Shown piece by piece: positions 60,701 through 64,000 of a DNA stretch of 64,000 bases. The notes under the pieces were generated by a model. It ran no database searches. It had not been told where the DNA came from and saw only the letters and a list, made by a program, of their open reading frames with translations. Position 1 is the stretch's first letter; the number at the start of each line of letters is the position of its first letter. This DNA is from Eledone cirrhosa. Lineage: Eukaryota. The position numbers and the translations under genes are program-made. The stretch is from contig OZ024742.1 of NCBI GenBank assembly GCA_964016885.1, forward strand, positions 184,884,001 to 184,948,000, given 5' to 3'.

Positions 60701-63700
60701 GGGTTAAGTTAAGTTGGGGTTAAGTTAAGTTGGGGTTAAGTTAAGTCGCGGTTAGTTAAGTTGGGGTTAAGTTAAGATGGGGTTAAGTTAAGTTGTGGTT
60801 AAGTTAAGTTGGGGTTAAGATAAGTTGGGGTTAACTTAAGTTGCGGTTGAGTTAAGTTAGGGTTGAGTTAATTGGGGTTAAGTTAAGTTGGGGCTAAGTT
60901 AAGTTGGGGCTAAGTTAAGTTGGGGCTAAGTTAAGTTGGGGTTAAGTTAAGGTGGGGTTTAGTTAAGTTGGGGTTGAGTTAAGTTGGGGTTGAGTTAAGT
61001 TGGGGTTAAGTTAAGTTGGGGTTAAGTTAAGTTAGGGTTAACTTAAGTTGGGGTTAAGTTAAGTTTAGGTTAACTTAAGTTGGGGTTAAGTTAAGTTGGG
61101 GTTAAGTTAAGTTGGGGCTAAGTTAAGTTGGGGCTAAGTTAAGTTGGGGCTAAGTTAAGTTGGGGTTAAGTTAAGGTGGGGTTTAGTTAAGTTGGGGTTG
61201 AGTTAAGTTGGGGTTGAGTTAAGTTAGGGTTAAGTTAAGTTGGGGTTAAGTTAAGTTAGGGTTAACTTAAGTTGGGGTTAAGTTAAGTTGGGGTTGAGTT
61301 AAGTTGGGGTTTAATTAAGTTGGGGTTGAGTTAAGTTGGGGTTGAGTTAAGTTGGGCTTGAGTTAAGTTGGGGTTGAGTTAAGTTGGGCTTATCTTAAGT
61401 TGGGGTTAATTTAAGATGGGGTTAAGTTAAGTTGGGGTTAAGTTAATTTGGGGTTAAGTTAAGTTGGGGTTAAGTTAAGTTGGGGTTATGTTAAGTGGGG
61501 GTTAAGTTAAGTTGAGGTTAACTTAAGTTGGGGTTAAGTTAAGTTGGGGTTAAGTTAAGTTGGGGCTAAGTTAAGTTGGGGCTAAGTTAAGTTGGGGTTA
61601 AGTTAAGTTGGGGTTAAGTTAAGTTGGGGTCAACTTAAGTTGGGGCTAAGTTAAGTTGGGGTTAAGTTAAGTTGGGGCTAAGTTAAGTTGGAGTTAAGTT
61701 AAGTTGGGGTTAAATTAAGTTGGGGTCAACGTAAGTTGGGGTTAAGTTAAGTTGGGGTTAAGTTAATTTGGGGGTAAGTTAAGTTGGGGTTAAGTTAAGT
61801 TAAGTTGGGGTTAAGTTAAGTTGGGGCTGAGTTAAATTGGGGCTGTGTTAAGTTGGGGTTAAGTTAAGTTGGGGTTAAGTTAAGTTGGGGTTAAGTTAAG
61901 TTGGGGTTAAGTTGGGGTTAAATTAAGTTGGGGTTAATTTAAGTTGGGGTTAAGTTAAGTTGGGTTTAGGTTAAGTTGGGGTTGAGTTAAGTTGGGGTTA
62001 AGTTAAGTTGGCGTTAATTTAAGTTGGGGTTAAGTTAAGTTGGGGCTGAGTTAAGTTGGGGTTAAGTTAAGTTGGGGTTGAGTTAAGTTGGGGTTAAGTT
62101 AAGTTGGGGTTAAGTTAAGTCGGGGTTAAGTTAAGTTGGGGTTAAGTTAAGTTGGGGTTAAGTTAAGTTGGGGTTAAGTTAAGTTGGGGTTAAGTTAAGT
62201 TGGGGTTAAGATAAGTTGGGGTTAAGTTAAGTTGGGGTTGAGTTAAGTTGGGGTTGAGTTAATTTGGGGTTAAGTTAAGTTGGGGTTAAGTTAAGTTGGG
62301 GTTAAGTTAAGTTGGGGTTAAGTTAAGTTGGGGTTAAGATAAGTTGGGGTTAAGTTAAGTTGGGGTTGAGTTAAGTTGGGGTTGAGTTAAGTTGGGGTTA
62401 AGTTAAGTTGGGGTTAATTTAAGTTGGGGTTAAGTTAAGTTGGGGCTGAGTTAAGTTGGGGTTAAGTTAAGTTGGGGTTGAGTTAAGTTGGGGTTAAGTT
62501 AAGTTGGGGTTAAGTTAAGTCGGGGTTACGTTAAGTTGGGGTTAAGTTAAGTTGGGGTTAAGTTAAGTTGGGGTTAAGTTAAGTTGGGGTTAACTTAAGT
62601 CGGGGTTAAGTTAAGTTGGGGTTAAGTTAAGTTGGGGTCAAGTTAAGTTGGGGTTAAGTTGGGGTTATGTTAAGTTGGGGTTAAGTTAAGTTGGGGTTAA
62701 GTTAAGTTGGGGTTAAGTTAAGTTGGGGTCAAGTTAAGTTGGGGTTAAGTTAAGTTGGGGTTAAGTTAAGTCGCGGTTAAGTTAAGTTGGGGTTAAGTTA
62801 AGATGGGGTTAAGTTAAGTTGGGGTTAAGTTAAGTTGGGGTTAAGATAAGTTGGGGTTAAGTTAAGTTGGGGTTGAGTTAAGTTGGGGTTGAGTTAATTG
62901 GGGTTAAGTTAAGTTGGGGTTAACTTAAGTTGGGTTTAAGTTAAGTTGGGGTTAAGTTAAGTTGGGGTTAAATTAAGTTGGGGTTAAGATAAGTTGGGGT
63001 TAAGTTAAGTCGGGGTTAAGTTAAGTCGGGGTTAAGTTAAGTTGGGGTTAAGTTAACTTGGTGTTAAGTTAAGTTGGGGCTCAGTTAAGTTGGGGTTGAG
63101 TTAAGTTGGGGTCAATTTAAGTTGGGACTAAGCTAAGTTGGGGTTAAGTTAAGTTGGGGTTAAGTTAAGTTGGCGCTAAGTTTAGTGAAGGTTAAGTTAA
63201 GTTGGGGTTGAGTTAAGTTTGGGTTAAGTTAAGTTGGGGTTAAGTTAAGTTAGGGTTAAGTTAAGCTTGGGTTAAGTTAAGTTGGGGTTGAGTTAATTTG
63301 GGGTTGAGTTAAGTTGGGGTTGAGTTAAGTTGGGGTTGAGTTAAGTTGGGGTTAAGTTAAGTTGGGGTTAAGTTAAGTTGGGGTTAAGTTAAGTTGGGGT
63401 CAATTTAAGTTGAGGTTAAGTTAACTTGGGATTAAGTTAAGTTGGGGTTAACTTAAATTGAGGTTAAGTTAAGTTGGGGTTAAGTTAAGTTGGGGGTAAG
63501 TTAAGTTGGGGGTAAGTTAAGTTTGGGTTAAGTTGGGGTTAAGTTAAGTTAGGGTTAAGTTACGTTGGGGTTGAGTTAAGTTGGGGTTAATTTAAATTGG
63601 GGTTAAGTTAACTTTGTGGTTCAGTTAAGTTGGGGTTAAGTTAAGTTGGGGCTTATTTAAGTTGGGGTTAAGTTAAGTTGTGGTTAAGTTAAGTTGGGGT

Positions 63701-64000
63701 TAAGTTAAGTTGGGGTTAAGTTAAGTTGGGGTTAAATTAAGCTGGGTTGAAGTTAAGTTGGGGTTAAGTTATGTTGGGGTTAAGTTAAGTTGGGGTTAAG
63801 TTAAGTTGGGGTTAAGTTAAGTCGGGGTTAAGTTAATTTGGGGTTCAGTTAAGTTGGGGTTAAGTTAAGTTGGGGCTTATTTAAGTTGGGGTTAAGTTAA
63901 GTTGTGGTTAAGTTAAGTTGGGGTTAAGTTAAGTCGGGGTTAAGTTAAGTCGGGGTTAAGTTAAGTTGTGGTTAAGTTAAGTTGGGGTTAAGTTAAGTTG
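57780..64000 (+). repeat. Long-range copy of window positions ~255-6460 (offset ~57.4-57.6 kb)
   Basis: GTCAGG at 3141/60575, CGGGGTTACG at 4954/62521 and ATGTTGGGG at 6236/63771. The variant order is collinear, with some monomer-multiple indels. Confidence 0.8.

Larger units (their letters stand above)
1..64000 (+). repeat. Tandem satellite array, 16-bp monomer TTGGGGTTAAGTTAAG (~4,000 copies), truncated at both window edges
   Basis: Positions 1-16, 17-32 and 33-48 each read TTGGGGTTAAGTTAAG, and the same unit continues to position 64000. Variants are mostly 1-2 substitutions or small indels. No inversion or foreign insertion was seen. Confidence 0.99.

Noticed and set aside
1-64000. Repetitive protein-coding ORF on either strand
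   Set aside because: TTAA supplies TAA on both strands twice per monomer, and the 16-bp period cycles through all frames, so stops recur within about 48 bp in every frame.
1-64000. CRISPR array
   Set aside because: Repeats are directly adjacent with no unique spacers, the unit is too short, and there is no leader or cas sequence.
1-64000. Canonical telomerase-synthesised tract such as (TTGGGG)n, (TTAGG)n or (TTAGGG)n
   Set aside because: There are no tandem runs of these motifs. TTAGGG occurs only as an isolated variant of TTGGGG, and variants are copied in multi-kb blocks.
1-64000. Variant monomers as a deliberate code, barcode or antigenic-variation cassette system
   Set aside because: The pattern is adequately explained by point mutation plus nested duplication. 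No expression site, recombinase gene or unique flanks are visible.
1-64000. Pure sequencing artefact (low-complexity run or concatemer)
   Set aside because: Shared and private variants form a consistent nested hierarchy across many offsets, unlike random error. Individual exact duplications could still be misassembled.
1-64000. A single fixed higher-order repeat period
   Set aside because: Spacing of landmarks such as CTTATCT is irregular (from 624 bp to over 5 kb), so the structure is a mosaic of rearranged blocks.

Overview
The whole 64 kb window is one uninterrupted, head-to-tail tandem satellite array of a 16-bp monomer, consensus TTGGGGTTAAGTTAAG (TTGGGG + 2x TTAAG), about 4,000 copies, all in one orientation. 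The array runs off both window edges. The + strand is G/T-rich and almost C-free (consensus T6 G6 A4). I see no genes, RNA genes, transposons, CRISPR spacers or unique sequence. TAA stops occur on both strands and the 16-bp period rotates them through every frame. The information lies in the variant monomers, which recur in fixed order and reveal nested duplications at offsets of about 128, 224, 540, 624, 1954, 3152, 4367-4447, 6100, 7845, 8334-8382, 14466-14482 and about 57,500 bp. They also define regional sub-family domains. The monomer looks telomere-like, but the copied variant haplotypes indicate expansion by recombination or duplication rather than telomerase addition. It is most likely eukaryotic (peri)centromeric, subtelomeric or interstitial satellite DNA. 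I found no protein-coding 'system' here. All offsets were read by eye from landmark variants, and boundaries are approximate.
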